64,000 nt of DNA from Octopus sinensis (lineage: Eukaryota): NCBI RefSeq assembly GCF_006345805.1, contig NC_043002.1, positions 102,238,001 through 102,302,000 of the forward strand, written 5' to 3'. The notes under the pieces are model-generated. The model was not told the DNA's origin. It ran no database searches and saw only the letters and a program-made list of their open reading frames with translations. Made by a program: the position numbers and the translations under genes. The stretch's first letter is position 1. The number at the start of each line of letters is the position of its first letter. Below, piece after piece: positions 25,512 to 41,139 of this stretch.

Positions 25512-26227
25512 CGTGTGTGTGTGTGTGTACGCTCACCTACAAACATGCGTTTACCTAAACAAATACACAGTTCAAATTGGAAGCGATGCACGTAGTGAGT
25601 ATGTCATAGATAGGTGTTTGCGTAAATAGAAAGACAAATTTTATAGAGAAATTATTCAAAGAGTTTTGATTATGAGGTAGTGAGAGAGAATGAGAATGCA
25701 GAAGAGGGGTGCCGGGAAAGATGGGTGAGAGTGAGAGAGTGTGAAAAATGGGAACGTAATTGGAGATATTTAGTGATACATTGACAGTGCGGGAAATGCG
25801 CTCTGCTGTATATTGAAGAAAAATCTACGTCATCAGATCTAACGATTAAATAATACGTCTCATAGCGACTTTATCACCGTTAAATGAGTTGGGATTTATA
25901 TCTAATTTATATCATTATCGCCATGGCAACTAACTATTTCTCCTGGAATGTCGTTTGCTACAGGAGATTCACCAACAAATTATTCATTAAAAGTTCTGAA
26001 TATGTACTTCAGAATCTATTGGATGGTGGCTTTTAAAATTAGTATGAACCATATAGGTTTTTAGTGGAAACAATTTGACACGAGTTCATACCAATGAGCT
26101 GCCATTTCGGACCGGATGCAATTGTGTGACTAACATATGCTTCTTACGCGACACATGAGAACTACACACGCGCACGAACGAGCGAACAGACATGCGCAAA
26201 CGCGCACGCACAGATGTGTGTGTATGT

Positions 26228-26456
26228 GCGGTTGTATTAATATTCATATATATATATATATTATAATATAATATTATATGCGCGTGCATGTGTGAGTGTG
26301 TGTACGTATATATATCTATCTATCTCTTCCTCTATGTATATATGTATATATATAAAATTTATATATATCCATATATATATATATATATATATATATCAAT
26401 ATATCTTTATATATCTATGTATCCATGTATGTATATATTATATATCTATATGTATC

Positions 26457-26487
<31 letters not shown>

Positions 26488-26676
26488 GTATCTATATGTA
26501 TATATATTATTATAATATATGTATCTATATGTATATAATATATATATATATATAATATATATGTATATATATGTATCTATATGTATATATTATATATATA
26601 TAATGTATCTATATGTATATATATATATAATATATATGTATCTATAGGTATATATATATATATATATATATGTATC

Positions 26677-26729
<53 letters not shown>

Positions 26730-26942
26730 CTATATGTATATATATATATATAATATTATATATGTATCTGTATGTATATATATATATATATATTTCTATA
26801 TGTATATATATATGTATCTATATGTATATATATATATATATATATATGTATCTATATGTAATATATCTATATACTATATATATGTATCTATATGTGGTAT
26901 ATATATATATAGATATATATATATATATATATATCTTATGTG

Positions 26943-27028
<86 letters not shown>

Positions 27029-27352
27029 TCTATATGTATATATATATATATATATGTATCTATATGTATATATATATATATATATAATGTATCTATATGT
27101 ATATATATATATAATATATGTATCTATATGTATATATATATATATATATATATGTATCTATATGTATATATATTATATATATATGTATCTATATGTATAT
27201 ATATATATATATATGTATCTATATGTATATATATATATATAATAGTTATCTATATGTATTATATATTATATATATATATATGTTATCTATATTAATATAT
27301 ATATCTATATATATATATGTACTATATGTATATATATATATATATATGTATC

Positions 27353-27389
<37 letters not shown>

Positions 27390-28096
27390 CTATATGTATC
27401 TATATGTATATATATATATATGTATCTATATGTATATATATGTATCTATATATTATATATATAGTATGTATATAATATATATATGTATCTAATATATATA
27501 TATATAATATATGTCTTATATATATATATGTATCTATATGTATATATATATATATATATAATATATATGTTCTATATGTATATATATATATATATCTATG
27601 ATCTCTATCTGTATATATATATATATATATATATATGTATCTATATGTATATAATATATATAATATATGTATCTATATGTATATATATATATATATATAT
27701 ATGTATCTATATGTATATATATTATATATATGTATCTATATTGTATATATATATATATATGTATCTATATGTATATATATATATATATTATATATATTAT
27801 CTATATGTATATAATATATATATATATATATATGTATCTATATGTATATTATAATATATATATGTATCTATTGTATATATATATATATATATGTATCTAT
27901 ATGTATCTATGTATATATATATATATATATATGTATCTATATGTATATATATATATATATATGTATCTATATGTATATATATATATATATGTATCTATAT
28001 GTATATATATATATATATGTATCTATATGTATATATATATATATATATATATGTATCTATATATATGTATATATATATATATATATATTATGTATC

Positions 28097-28133
<37 letters not shown>

Positions 28134-28144
28134 CTATATGTATC

Positions 28145-28208
<64 letters not shown>

Positions 28209-28302
28209 ATAGATATAATATATATGTATGATCTATGTATATATATATATATATATGTATGTATATCTATATGTATATCTATATTATATATGTATGTATA
28301 GG

Positions 28303-28333
<31 letters not shown>

Positions 28334-28432
28334 ATGTATATATATATATATATATGTATCTATATGTATATATATTATATATATATATATATGTATCTAT
28401 ATATATATATAGAATATATATATATATATATC

Positions 28433-28465
<33 letters not shown>

Positions 28466-28478
28466 CTATGTACTATAT

Positions 28479-28516
<38 letters not shown>

Positions 28517-28517
28517 C

Positions 28518-28548
<31 letters not shown>

Positions 28549-29046
28549 TATGTATCTATATGTATATATATATATATATATATATGTATCTATATGTATA
28601 TATTATATATATATTATATATGTATCTATATGTATATATATTATAATATATATATGTATCTATATGTATATATATATATATATATGTATCTATATGTATA
28701 TATATATATATATATATATGTATCTATATGTATATATATATATATATATATATGTATCTATTATATTTAATATATATATATATATATGTATCTATATGTA
28801 GATATATATCTTATATATATATAGTATATGTATCTATAGTATATCTATATTATAATAATCTATATCATGTATCTATATGTAATATATATTATATATATAT
28901 ATATACATGTATCTATATGTATATATATATTATATATTATATATACATGTTCTATATGTATATATATATATATATATATATGTATCTATATATATATATA
29001 TATGTATCTATATATATATATATATATAATATATATATATGTATCT

Positions 29047-29077
<31 letters not shown>

Positions 29078-29079
29078 TA

Positions 29080-29118
<39 letters not shown>

Positions 29119-29180
29119 TATGTATCTATATATATATAATATGTTATATATATGTATCTATATATATATATATATATGTA

Positions 29181-29219
<39 letters not shown>

Positions 29220-29506
29220 CTATATATATATATATATTATATATATAGATATATCTATATATATATATATATATGTATCTAATGTATCTATATATATATA
29301 TAATATATAATATATATATATATGTATCTATATGTATCTATATATATATGTAATATGTATATATATATATATATGTATCTATATGTATATATATATATTA
29401 TGTATCTATATGTATATATATATATATAATATATATGTATCTATATGTATATATATATATATGTATCTATATGTAATAATATATTATATATATATATATA
29501 TGTATC

Positions 29507-29543
<37 letters not shown>

Positions 29544-30040
29544 CTATATGTATATATATATATATGTATCTATATGTATATATATATATTATATATATAT
29601 ATATATATATCTATATGTAATATAGATGTATATATATATATTTACATATATATATATATGTATCTATATGTATATATATATATATGTATTTACATACGTA
29701 TGTATATATATATATGTTATATATGTATAATGCATATATATGTATTTACATATATATCTATATAGTATATATATGTATATGCATATATATGTATTTACAT
29801 ATATATCTATATATGTATATATATGTATATGCATATATATGTATTTACATATATATCTATATATGTATATATATGTATATGCATATATACGTATTTACAT
29901 ATATATCTATATATGTATATATATGTATATGCATATATATGTATTTACATATATATCTATATATGTATATATATGTATATGCATATATATGTATTTACAT
30001 ATATATCTATATATGTATATATGTGTGTGTATGTGCGTAT
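26228..30040. repeat. ~3.8-kb (TA)n-derived satellite with recurring TATGTATCTA motif, ending in a 50-bp-period minisatellite (~29731-30020)
   Basis: GCAT recurs at 29781, 29831, 29881, 29931 and 29981. Confidence 0.95.
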
Positions 30041-30169
30041 ACCTACGTATTTGCAGCAGAAAGCACGTTATCATTGAAAAATTATATCAACCAATAATTG
30101 TGAAGGGGCTTTGCACGGCATTCTACAATGTTTTCACCCGAAAATTATTTTACTCTCTCTCCCCCTTAC

Positions 30170-30253
30170 TATACAGATTTATACGTAAAATACTATTATC
30201 TTCAGCACCTTTTACCCGTTCTTCCACCTCTTTCAGCACAGCCTGTGCTTTCT
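30170..30253 (-). CDS. Candidate isolated coding exon (helical, charged peptide), product unknown
   Basis: Long polypyrimidine tract, then AAG acceptor; 84-bp phase 1-1 segment xKAQAVLKEVEERVKGAEDNSILRINLY; donor ATA|GTAAGG. Confidence 0.3.
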
Positions 30254-32684
30254 CTTTGTAAAATCAGGACAAGAAACAATGAATAATAAAAATAGAAAGA
30301 AAGCGGATATTTTTTATGCTTATTTATATATGAAAGACTGTGTGTATGCGTGTGCTTATATACACACACACATAAACAAACACAAGCACAAAGACTGTGT
30401 TGTTATAATCGATGGGCTACAGTAAATATTTTGCTCAATATCAGAAAGTTGCATGTCAGTAATTTGCTCTTAACCAATTTACCACGTAACATGGTAACTG
30501 AGATTTTGTGCATTTCTGGACACATGCAGAAGTACTGGAGGATCATCATAGCCATGTATTGAGAGGAATTCTTTGGGGTTTGAATAATGCAACACTGATA
30601 ACAGGGGCGTTTCATTCTTCATCCTTAAAGAGACCTTATTCAGGAAACTTGTGAGTGGGATGAAATACTCAATCTGAACAAATTTGTACCTGGGCCCCAA
30701 TTGCAAGGTCATGCACTGCTTATCTTGATCTAAGATCACTATGTTGCGCACATGTCGTTGTGATGCCTATGTCTGGTGCACCCTTATCGATAAAAAATTC
30801 GAAAACATTCAAAAATTACGAAATTTTGTGGTAAGGTTCAGTTAGATTCTATATGATGGATTCCTATTGGTAGGTGCACAACGAATGATTAAATAATTAA
30901 AAATTTAACTGGGGAAATTGATGCAGGATCATCCAAAATTGAAAGTAGAATTTAACAGACCCTTACAGCAAACAGTGTACCCTGAAGAAGGAAATATTAT
31001 TTGTTGGATCTGAATACTGATTATTCTTACGGCCCCTTAAAATTTCCTGAAACGGCCGTAGACTTATAACTGACTTTTACTTTTCATGGTTTTTAACTGA
31101 CATTGACCTTCAAATATCTCGTATTATCGAAGTCTATTCATTCCCTCTCGAATACAAGTATCTACAAACGCATGTTCTAATATCTTAATTTACATTTTAT
31201 AACTTATTATTATTTTTTTATTATTTCAAATTTTAATATAAACATGCATCCCATCCAAGTCTTATAAATCACTGTAAGTATGATTTTGTTTCCGGATGGA
31301 AAGTACTCAATTTAATTTTTTATCTTCTACAAAAAAAGGTATAATATATATATATATATAGATATATATATAATATATTAATATGTTGTGTGTGTGTGTG
31401 TGTGTGTGTGTGTGTCTAGACACATATATACACACACACAAGCACACAGTCAAATATATATGATGATAATAATACGTACAAAAATTTGTCAACACAACAT
31501 TATCAAGGTACTTCATATATATATATATATATAGGTGTGTGTGTGTGGTTTATATGAAAAATATTTCTGGCAACTAAGAGAAATTGTGAAATTGACAAGG
31601 ACACCTAATATAGAATGAAAATGTGAGAGTGAGAGAGAGTTATAGAAAGGGATAGAGAGAAAGAGAAAATGGCAGAAAATGAATGTACGCGGGAGAAGGA
31701 AATAGATTAATGAAATGAAAGCAAAACATCGGAAAGCAATTCTTTCACGTTAAAAGCAGACAATTTTGACTTGCCATTCGAGAAGTAAAACCTCCTGGAG
31801 AATTTGTTTTCTATTTAACATTATGTGGTTAATTTTGTTTTGCTATTCCTGACTGCCGAGGAAGTCAATTATTTTTACAACTCCGAATCTGACAGTTCCA
31901 GGTTGGTCTTTTCAAGACGTAATTCATCTGTATTAATTATCTGTCATGCTACAAAACACTTAGACGATAAAACATCGTCCGTCTCTATTTTGCTTTAGCT
32001 TTTGGCCACGTTTATTATTATCATTATTATTATTATTATTATTATTACTTGTTGTTGTTGTTGTTAGAGTAATTCCCTCTTACTTCCTGTCATGCTATTT
32101 GTTTATTATTTGTTACTTCTTTTTGATGGTTGAGGGGTTGGGTAATTTCTTCTTTTCTTCATACTCATGTTATAATTCTTTTCATAATGGTTATACTTGT
32201 GATTGTTGTTGTTGCTGCTGCTGTTGTTGTATTAGTTGCTAGTGGTGTTAATGTGCTTTACGCTTCGTGTTTTCGGTGTTTTTATTTTATTTTCCCTAAT
32301 ACAGTTAAATTTGTAAATATTAATAAAAGTGCTTCCAGCATAACTCCCGTCTTTATTAGAACCAACAAGCATAATACTCTCTCAGTCTCGATATGAGAAA
32401 TTTAAATCGAAAATAATATAATTATTGCAGGTTTTACCTAATTAATTGGGGATTTTAATTGCAAGCTAATTTTGCAGTACCAAATTCTCTGCACATATAT
32501 ATATTTGCATATTAAAACATTAAAACAATAGCGACACACACACACATAACAACACACAGACATATACACATCTATGCATCGAAACGTATAAATACGATCA
32601 TATATGTATATGTGTGCGAGTGCGCGCGCGTTTTTTTTGTAAATATTTGTACACACACACACATATATATATATATATCATGAT

Positions 32685-32960
32685 GTATTGAGTTCGATCC
32701 CCGGATCTAGCGGCGTGTTGTGTTCTTGAGCAAGACACTTTACTTCACATTTCTCCCGTTCACTCATCTGCAGAAATGAGTTGTGACGTCACTAGTGTCA
32801 AGCTGTATTGGCCCCTTGGATAACATTAGTGGCGTGGAGAGGGGAGGCTGGTATGCTTGGGTAATTTTTGGTCTTCCACAAACAATCTTGCCCGGCCTAG
32901 TCCCTCGGAGGAGACCACTATATGTGTAATCTCATCGTCATTCATAACCGAAGGGGCTCT
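32685..32960 (+). mobile_element. tRNA-derived SINE, family 4, 5'-clipped
   Basis: GAGTTCGATCCCC...GTGTTGTGTTCTTGAGCAAGACACTT; matches the reverse complement of 9240-9510. Confidence 0.7.
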
Positions 32961-33289
32961 TTACACTTTTTATAATAGATTCATAAAGCAAATATATTCA
33001 ATAAGACCCGATATAAATTAATTGCAATAATAGATCCTTTAAAAAGTAAATTTGATATTTAAAAAAGCGACTCCAATATAGTTCTACAATGAGATAGAAC
33101 ATAGTTTTCTTGTACAGGACCCTAATATTTCATTCAACATGTGACTCGCTAAAGTTATATTAAGTGTTTGTAGGGCACCTTAACACATTAGATGGTCTAG
33201 ATATATTGGGTGTGCCATAGAATTACCGATAAATCGAAGTTTTACATCTCGGCTAAGTTAACGCATGCCAGTGATTTCTTCTAAAATTT

Positions 33290-34125
33290 GAAGAGGGTCT
33301 TTGAATGTAAACCGTCTCACATTGATAGTGCTAACAAAATATTGAATGATCTTACTATGGGGGTACTTACTTTTGAAACTGTGATTGAGATCAGTTCATT
33401 TTTTTCATTTACTCTCCCATTGACAAGCATAGATTGCAGTTCCTCGACCATTCGTAGAAACGGAATGTGTCTTACCCAGATTATTATTTAATTACTCTGA
33501 TTATTATTTAATTAGCAACAATGACTTTTCAATTCATATTAGTTTGTTTCTCATGTGGAGTAAGGCGGTGCTTTTGAAATATTTTGGTTTTCATTGATGG
33601 GGACAAGCCTATTATTTTGTCACTTTTAGGTAACTCGTTATTTTTTAAATTTGGAGTTATTGAGTGCTGTATTTATTCCTTTGTGTAGCGTGTAATTGCG
33701 AGAGTATATTTCTGTTATTCCTTAAAGACTAGTTTCATTGGGATTGTCAAATCAATGAAAATTTTGAGGACCTAGAAAACAATATCCTGTTTTTCCATCG
33801 TTGGGATTAACAATATCCGTGGAATCTACTTCCGAAAGCTTGTATTTCATTAAACCTAAATTGTTCCATGTGTAACTTATGACGAGTATATAAAATATGA
33901 ATCGCAGGGTGTAAAGTCCAGCTAAATATTCTCTTAGCATACCATTGTTGGAAACCCTGTTATTTGTACAATGATAGATTTCGATTCGTGTGAGAACATA
34001 GTTCTATATGCCTTCGGGTTGCGCTTTGTGTGTATTGCTGAAGTTTTTCTTGTCGTTTCAACCTTCTTCCAATAACCTTGACTACAGAAAAAGCATGTTT
34101 CCTCTAGCTTCTGATCCATCATGAC
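33290..34125 (-). pseudogene. Possible decayed protein-coding sequence of unknown family
   Basis: Microsatellite-free stretch with consecutive protein-like open segments (MMDQKLEETCFFCSQGYWKKVETT..., KYKLSEVDSTDIVNPNDGKTGYCFLGPQNFH*FDNPNETSL*) broken by stops and frame changes. Confidence 0.25.
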
Positions 34126-35011
34126 TAAAGATTTTTGCTTAAATATATGACAACGTTATCACTGTACGTTTTAAAAAGAACATAATAAGTTTGAATCGTG
34201 TCGAGCTTGTGTGAAGTTGCTCTTGCTAACAATTATATTTTTGAGGAGTAACATGTCGTATCCTTTTCTGAAATAGAGCCCGAAATGAAGTGACCCAGCA
34301 TGAATAATTAACTGAAAGAATTAGATTACCTACAGAAGATCAAAACTGCAACAACCAAAGTTTATCTCTACTTTCACAGTATAAATATTCTTTCGATTTC
34401 TAAGTTACTGACTATCTGCCCGCTAGCAAACAGTTCATAATATAATTCACAAATTTTTCCCTGATACAAATTGTCATAAGTGTTAAATACTTCGCTTAGA
34501 AAAGTAAAATGTGTCCAGTGTTACTTAAATGTTGTCTAAAAGAATACAATCTGAGGGAAGGAGATATACAAAATCTATTATTTAATGAACAGTGATGATG
34601 CAGTTAAAAATGCGTCCTTTTTCGGAAAATACACAGCCCTAAATTGCATATATTTACATATGTGTTATCTTAAACATTGCAATGATCCATAGAATAGAAA
34701 TATTTGTAGAATAGATATTGATCGTACTCTGATGTCTTTTATAATTTTGTTTATTTCTTTAAGTCATTGAACTTCATCCGTGCTGAAGAATCGTCTTCAA
34801 GGGTTTAGTTGAAAAATATTAATCGAGAAGTTATTTTTTTAAAGTGTGGTACATATTTGATCGGTCTTTTTGCCAAATCGATAATCTATATGAATATACA
34901 GGAAACAACATTGCTGGGCAAGAGATGGTAGTGAGGGGAGGAAACACAAATATAAATGCACAAAACATACACGCACGCATACATACACATATAACCCAGC
35001 CATATACATAC

Positions 35012-35052
<41 letters not shown>

Positions 35053-36401
35053 TCAAATGAAAGACAGAAGATGGAATATACGAGAATTTATTGTTAATCA
35101 CAATTGTTTCGACACATCTAGCATCGATCCCTCTTGGGTGGGACATTCAACAACTAGTACAGGAGCACCCGGCGATGCAAATGTATTTCATCAGGTGATA
35201 TATAAATACAACTCGTAAAAATAACTCTTCCGCAATGTAACCTAACGCTTTGTAGAACGAAAAGCAGCCAGACGGAGGAAATATCTTCATTTAAATAGAT
35301 AAAAAATCCAGAGCCAGAAATCCGGGCTCTGGAATTATCTAATATATATATTTTTTTTTTAGTTTACTTCGTCTCTTTGTCTTCTCTCCCGGTGCTGTAT
35401 GAACATTTAATGTGGTTTTAGTGTCACGTTATGGCTGCTATATCTACCATGAAGGAAGATGGTATCTCTTAGATACTTTAAATCATAATTTTAATAATAA
35501 TGTGTGTGTGTATGTATATATATATATATATATTATATATATATATATATATTTGTGTTTGTGTATGTATATATATATATATTTGTGTTTGGTTTGTGTA
35601 GTATATATATATATATTTGTGTTTGTGCATTATGTATATATATATATATACGTTTTGACCACTAGCTACTAACATTTTCCTTTTTATTCTCTTTATTATT
35701 CTCTGTTTATTTTCTCGTGTTTCTTTCTGTTGAAGAGCTTATGCTCGAAACATAAAAGATTTCCACACATACACACACACACATTATATGCATTTGCGCA
35801 TATCTGATTTTCTGCGTGCCTTAATGTGTCTAAATTTCTACATATTTCTACGTGCCTCTATGATAATGCACGTATGTTAAAACTAATAACAACAACTTAA
35901 AAACATTTCTTTGAAGTATAAAAAAAAACTGTTTTCCATTCCAATTCTTAAGCGAATATAATTCCCTTCTCTGTTTTCGTATCTTCGATCTGCTGTGATA
36001 GATGCGTGTGCGCATTGGATGTTTCTTTTTTGTTGTGTGTGTTTCTGACAGCCACTTTGTGTAACAGTCATTTGCTTGTATACTTGTATATAGTAACCCA
36101 GTTTGTCACGCTTTTAGATGTTATTTATGTTAGATATTCCTCCAATATATTTTTTTATATTTAAAATCAGAACACTACTAACTACCATTATTGTCAAATT
36201 CTGATTCCTTTATATGGCGCTAAGTTTTCAATTCCTTGCTATAACTAGTTTTGGGGAAGGAAATCAATAAATACGAACGCTGTATTTTACACATTAATGT
36301 ATTTTATTACATGAATATAGAGGAAATAACCACACACAGACATATAGATAAATAGACATATAGATAAACTTCGAAAGACCTACACCGATAACATACACAG
36401 A

Positions 36402-36455
<54 letters not shown>

Positions 36456-36578
36456 GATGCACACATACACACACATATATATATATTACATTTGATCATA
36501 ATCACATCTAAGAACTTTCGAATATAAACACTGTACACAGAGCCACGCATATATCTATTTTTTATCTATCTATATCAA

Positions 36579-36644
<66 letters not shown>

Positions 36645-36741
36645 CATATGTATAATGATGCACCGATTTTTTTTCAGTCGAACAGCTAAGTGTTTCCTAT
36701 GTACGATAGAATTCAAAGTAATTTTCCTGTGGACGACATAC

Positions 36742-36788
36742 ATCTCAACATATTCAATAAAATCATCAAAGACTTCAGCTATAATGCA
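36742..36788 (-). CDS. Candidate 47-bp coding exon, product unknown
   Basis: AATTTTCAG acceptor, CIIAEVFDDFIEYVE, donor GAT|GTATGT. Confidence 0.2.
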
Positions 36789-37009
36789 CTGAAAATTTTC
36801 ATTTTTATCCTTTTTCAAAAATCATTTGCCATTTCCCAGAATATATCTGCATAACCTCATGACCTGGTTTCTTTAAATACTCCGAGACAAAATGTTTGAC
36901 AACATGAATCACGAAAGTGAAATAACCAGCTGTTACAAAATTTAGCAACCAAACTCCTGCAGTGTACATACTAAACTCTTGAAGTATTTAGTTTCGTATT
37001 TAGTTTATG

Positions 37010-37039
<30 letters not shown>

Positions 37040-37043
<4 letters not shown>

Positions 37044-37079
37044 CTATATATATATTATATATATATATGTATATATATA

Positions 37080-37158
<79 letters not shown>

Positions 37159-37321
37159 ATATATATGAAGTTTTTGCGTAATGAGATAAATAAAACCATG
37201 GCTGTATAGATATTAGAGCATTTACAGATAAGTCTTACAGCTGTTTCTAGGATATTAGTTAATAATAATATCCAGCACTTATTCAGCATTACCTGACACA
37301 TTTGGGTCTCAATGGCACCAT

Positions 37322-37353
<32 letters not shown>

Positions 37354-37636
37354 CGTGTGGTGGGGTGTATGTGTGGGTTTATATAAATTCAAAATAACCA
37401 TGAGGATAATGCGATCATTATATCAATTTAAATGCAGTGCCATCATCAACTGCACAAATAAATAGATAGAATTTTATAAATAGAATAAATAAATAATATA
37501 TATATATATGTACATATGTATGTATAAATATATATATATATATATATACATACATATGTACATATATATATATATATATATACATACATATGTACATATA
37601 TATATATATATACATATATATATACATAATATGTAC

Positions 37637-37683
<47 letters not shown>

Positions 37684-37735
37684 ATATATATACATATATA
37701 TGTACATATATATATATGTATGTGTGTGTGTATCG
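37040..37735. repeat. Degenerate (TA)n / (TACA)-interrupted arrays
   Basis: Read directly; interrupted by a unique segment at ~37170-37490. Confidence 0.85.
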
Positions 37736-38439
37736 GTCTACATAGAATGAAACATACAGGAGTTGAAACCTACTGACACGAATACCGGGGGCTCTCATAT
37801 ACCGGTGTAAAAGGCACTCATTGCCAGTACTTAACAGAGGAATATATATATTTAGGCAACGCTAAGATAAAAGTAAAAATTGCCTCGATGGAATTATAAC
37901 CCAGTACATAATGAACAATAATTGAATACGGCATTGGACTTACTACCACAGGCTACTTATTTGGCCAAAGCTAAATGGACTTTGTCCATTTTATCGTGTA
38001 TATATTCACCCACAATATCTGTGAAATGCATACACAACACATACACACACACATATAATACTATATATGGTTTGTATGTTTGTTTAATTTGATGGCTGTA
38101 TCTGCCGATGTGCCAAAGCGATCGCTTGGTGGGGATTGATTGAACACAGAGACAAATCAAATGGCGCCTTATATTACCTGATCATTTGTTTCCTGTTTTT
38201 GTTTTACTTCAAAAACACTTTGTCTGAACACACAGAATACAATGCCATATATATATACACACAGGATAATGGAAATTAATTCAAGTACATATATTCTAAA
38301 TTTATCCTTTAAAACAATACAGGATTGACAATGTATATAAATAAAATAAAACATTCCCAGACAAATATACATAGTTATATATATGGAAGTTTATTGTTTG
38401 TATTTTAATCAAAGCATATTGTTATTATTATCATTATTA

Positions 38440-38499
<60 letters not shown>

Positions 38500-39351
38500 A
38501 GGTTCTTGTTGTTGTTAATATTGTTATTGTTATGTGTTTTGTTTTTATTTCCATTACTAAATTGGTTTAAGTATTTTAAGCTCTGCGCATGAAGTTGCGG
38601 TCAGCCGGAGAGATATCCGCGCTGACAGAATGTAGAGACAACGATAAAAAAAAAAAACAAAGTAAGCAAAATGTAGAACAAACCTATATATGTTGTTAGA
38701 CAAAAATGTTTTACAGTAATTGATTTACGTTTATCCGTTTATAGACGAAATGTAAAGCAAATATTTTAAAACAGATCAAACTAGGCGCCATTTTAAATAT
38801 TTATTTATTTGAATTTTTTTTTTTAAACCTCATCTTTAATGTCGCTGCACCGAAAGTTAAGTGTAATTTTACAAATATGACATTGATTGTTTTTTAAATT
38901 AATCAGATTTGCTGAACATTATTTCGTTAATAATATTGTGTTGCTTTTTCACACGCACAATAACACGAACATACAAGCACACACTCCACACTGCCATAAA
39001 GATGCATACGTAGAAATATAAACATACATTTGCATACGATACAAATTGGCCTTTTTCCCCGCATCCACACGCTACCATGCATATGTGTGCGTGAATGTCA
39101 GTGTGTGCACGTGGGCTTATGAGCGTGTGCGTGCATAGATGTGTGTGTATGTATATTAACATAAATGTAAATACAGATACTCTCACCGACATACAAATAT
39201 ATGCACTTTAAAAATAGATATATGTATGCAGATATACATGTATACATGCACATATATATATATGAGTATATATATGTATAAATATATAGTATATATATGT
39301 ATAAATATATAGTATATATATGTATAAATATATAGTATATATATATGTATA

Positions 39352-39397
<46 letters not shown>

Positions 39398-39483
39398 ATA
39401 ATGTGTGTGTGTGTGGTGTGTGTGTGTGTGGTATATATATATATATATATATATATTATACATAGGTATACATGTTGGTGTAC

Positions 39484-39557
<74 letters not shown>

Positions 39558-39699
39558 AATAAAGTTAATTTCATGCTCAGACTTCAAAAGTTGTTAATCC
39601 GTCTCTCAGTTTTTACAAGTTCTTTGTTAGGACGCGTATAATTTTATTTGCTGCAATAGAAATGGTGATCATGGATAAGAAACAGCCGAGGCATTCAGG

Positions 39700-40186
39700 A
39701 CTACTGTTACATAAACATCTGCTTACACACACGAGCGTATGCGGGCGAGTTCGTATGTATGTGTCTATATATATGTATGTGTATATATAATATATATATA
39801 TGTGTGTGTGTGTGTATATATATATATATTATGTGTGTGTGTGTGTGTGTATGTGTGTGTGTGTGGTGTGTGTATATATAGTGTGTGTGTGTGTGTGTAT
39901 ATATATGTGTGTGTATATATATATGTGTGTGTGTATATATATGTATATATAGATGTATGTGTGTGTATATATGTATATATAGATGTGTTTGTGTATATAT
40001 ATAGGTATATATGTGTGTGTGTGTATATATATATATGTATATATGTGTGTCTGTATATATATATGTATATATATATGTTGTGTGTATTATATATATGTAT
40101 ATATATATATATGTGTGTGTGTATATATATATGTGTGTGTATATATATATGTATATATATATATGTGTGTGTGTGTATATATATGG

Positions 40187-40217
<31 letters not shown>

Positions 40218-40640
40218 ATGTGTGTGTGTATATATATATGTATATATATATATATGTGTGTATATATATATATACATATATATATATATGTTTGAGTATA
40301 TATATATGTATACATATATATATGTGTGTTTATATATATATATGTATACACATATATATGTGTGTGTGTATATATATTTGTATATATATATATAATGTGT
40401 GTGTATAGATATATGTATATATGTGTATGTACATATATGTGTGTGTATAGATATATGTATATATGTGTATGTACATATATGTGTGTGTGTATATATATTA
40501 TATATGTATATATATATGTATGTGTGTGTGTATATATATATATATGTGTGTGTGTGTGTATATATATATGTATGTGTGTGTGTGTGTATATATATGTGTG
40601 TGTGTATGTATATATATATATATATGTGTGTGTACGTACA
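39700..40640. repeat. Compound (TA)n/(TG)n array
   Basis: Read directly. Confidence 0.95.
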
Positions 40641-40868
40641 GAAAGATACTTTTTTACATGTCAATTTATATATCAAAAGAATTTGACATGAAAAATTAAG
40701 TAATGGCGGTTTACTACAGTACATATTCAAAAATTCGTTTTTGTGAAGGACGTTTAGACTGAGACAGGGAAAAGAAGAAAAACTAGCCTTCGTGCAATAT
40801 ATCGATACGTAACCCCACCACACCCACATATAATCATGTAATTTTATATATATATATATATATATATA

Positions 40869-41137
40869 CAGGGGTTGGACAAAATAATGGAATCACCTTG
40901 AATCATAGCATCGTAATTTCGATATATCTAAAAAATCGTTAAATTTTTATTTATTATTAATGTTATTTAATATGCTTTGTTAAAATTGCTGTTTCGTTTT
41001 AGATATCATCAGAAAAAGGGAATTAAAATTCAGATCTATCAGACTTTCAAAGAGGTCAAATTGTTGGTGTTCGTCTGGTAGGCGGTAGCGTAACAAAAAC
41101 AGCAGAAATGTTTGGTATATCAAGAAGTTCTGTCTCT
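40869..41137 (+). mobile_element. Tc1/mariner transposon 5' fragment (TIR + N-terminal HTH)
   Basis: TA|CAGGGGTTGGACAAAATAATGGAA is a Tc1-type TIR; 41033-41137 encodes DLSDFQRGQIVGVRLVGGSVTKTAEMFGISRSSVS, a typical Tc1 paired-like HTH start. Confidence 0.88.
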
Positions 41138-41139
41138 AC

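Noticed and set aside
25673-25681. TGAGGTAGT, the first 9 nt of let-7
   Set aside because: Sequence diverges immediately into GA-rich repeat and no hairpin precursor is present.
21427-30097. Dozens of long ORFs (up to ~220 aa) in the track
   Set aside because: They are translations of (TA)n/(TG)n arrays (Y, I, M, C, V only); TA repeats contain no stop codon, so long open frames are expected.
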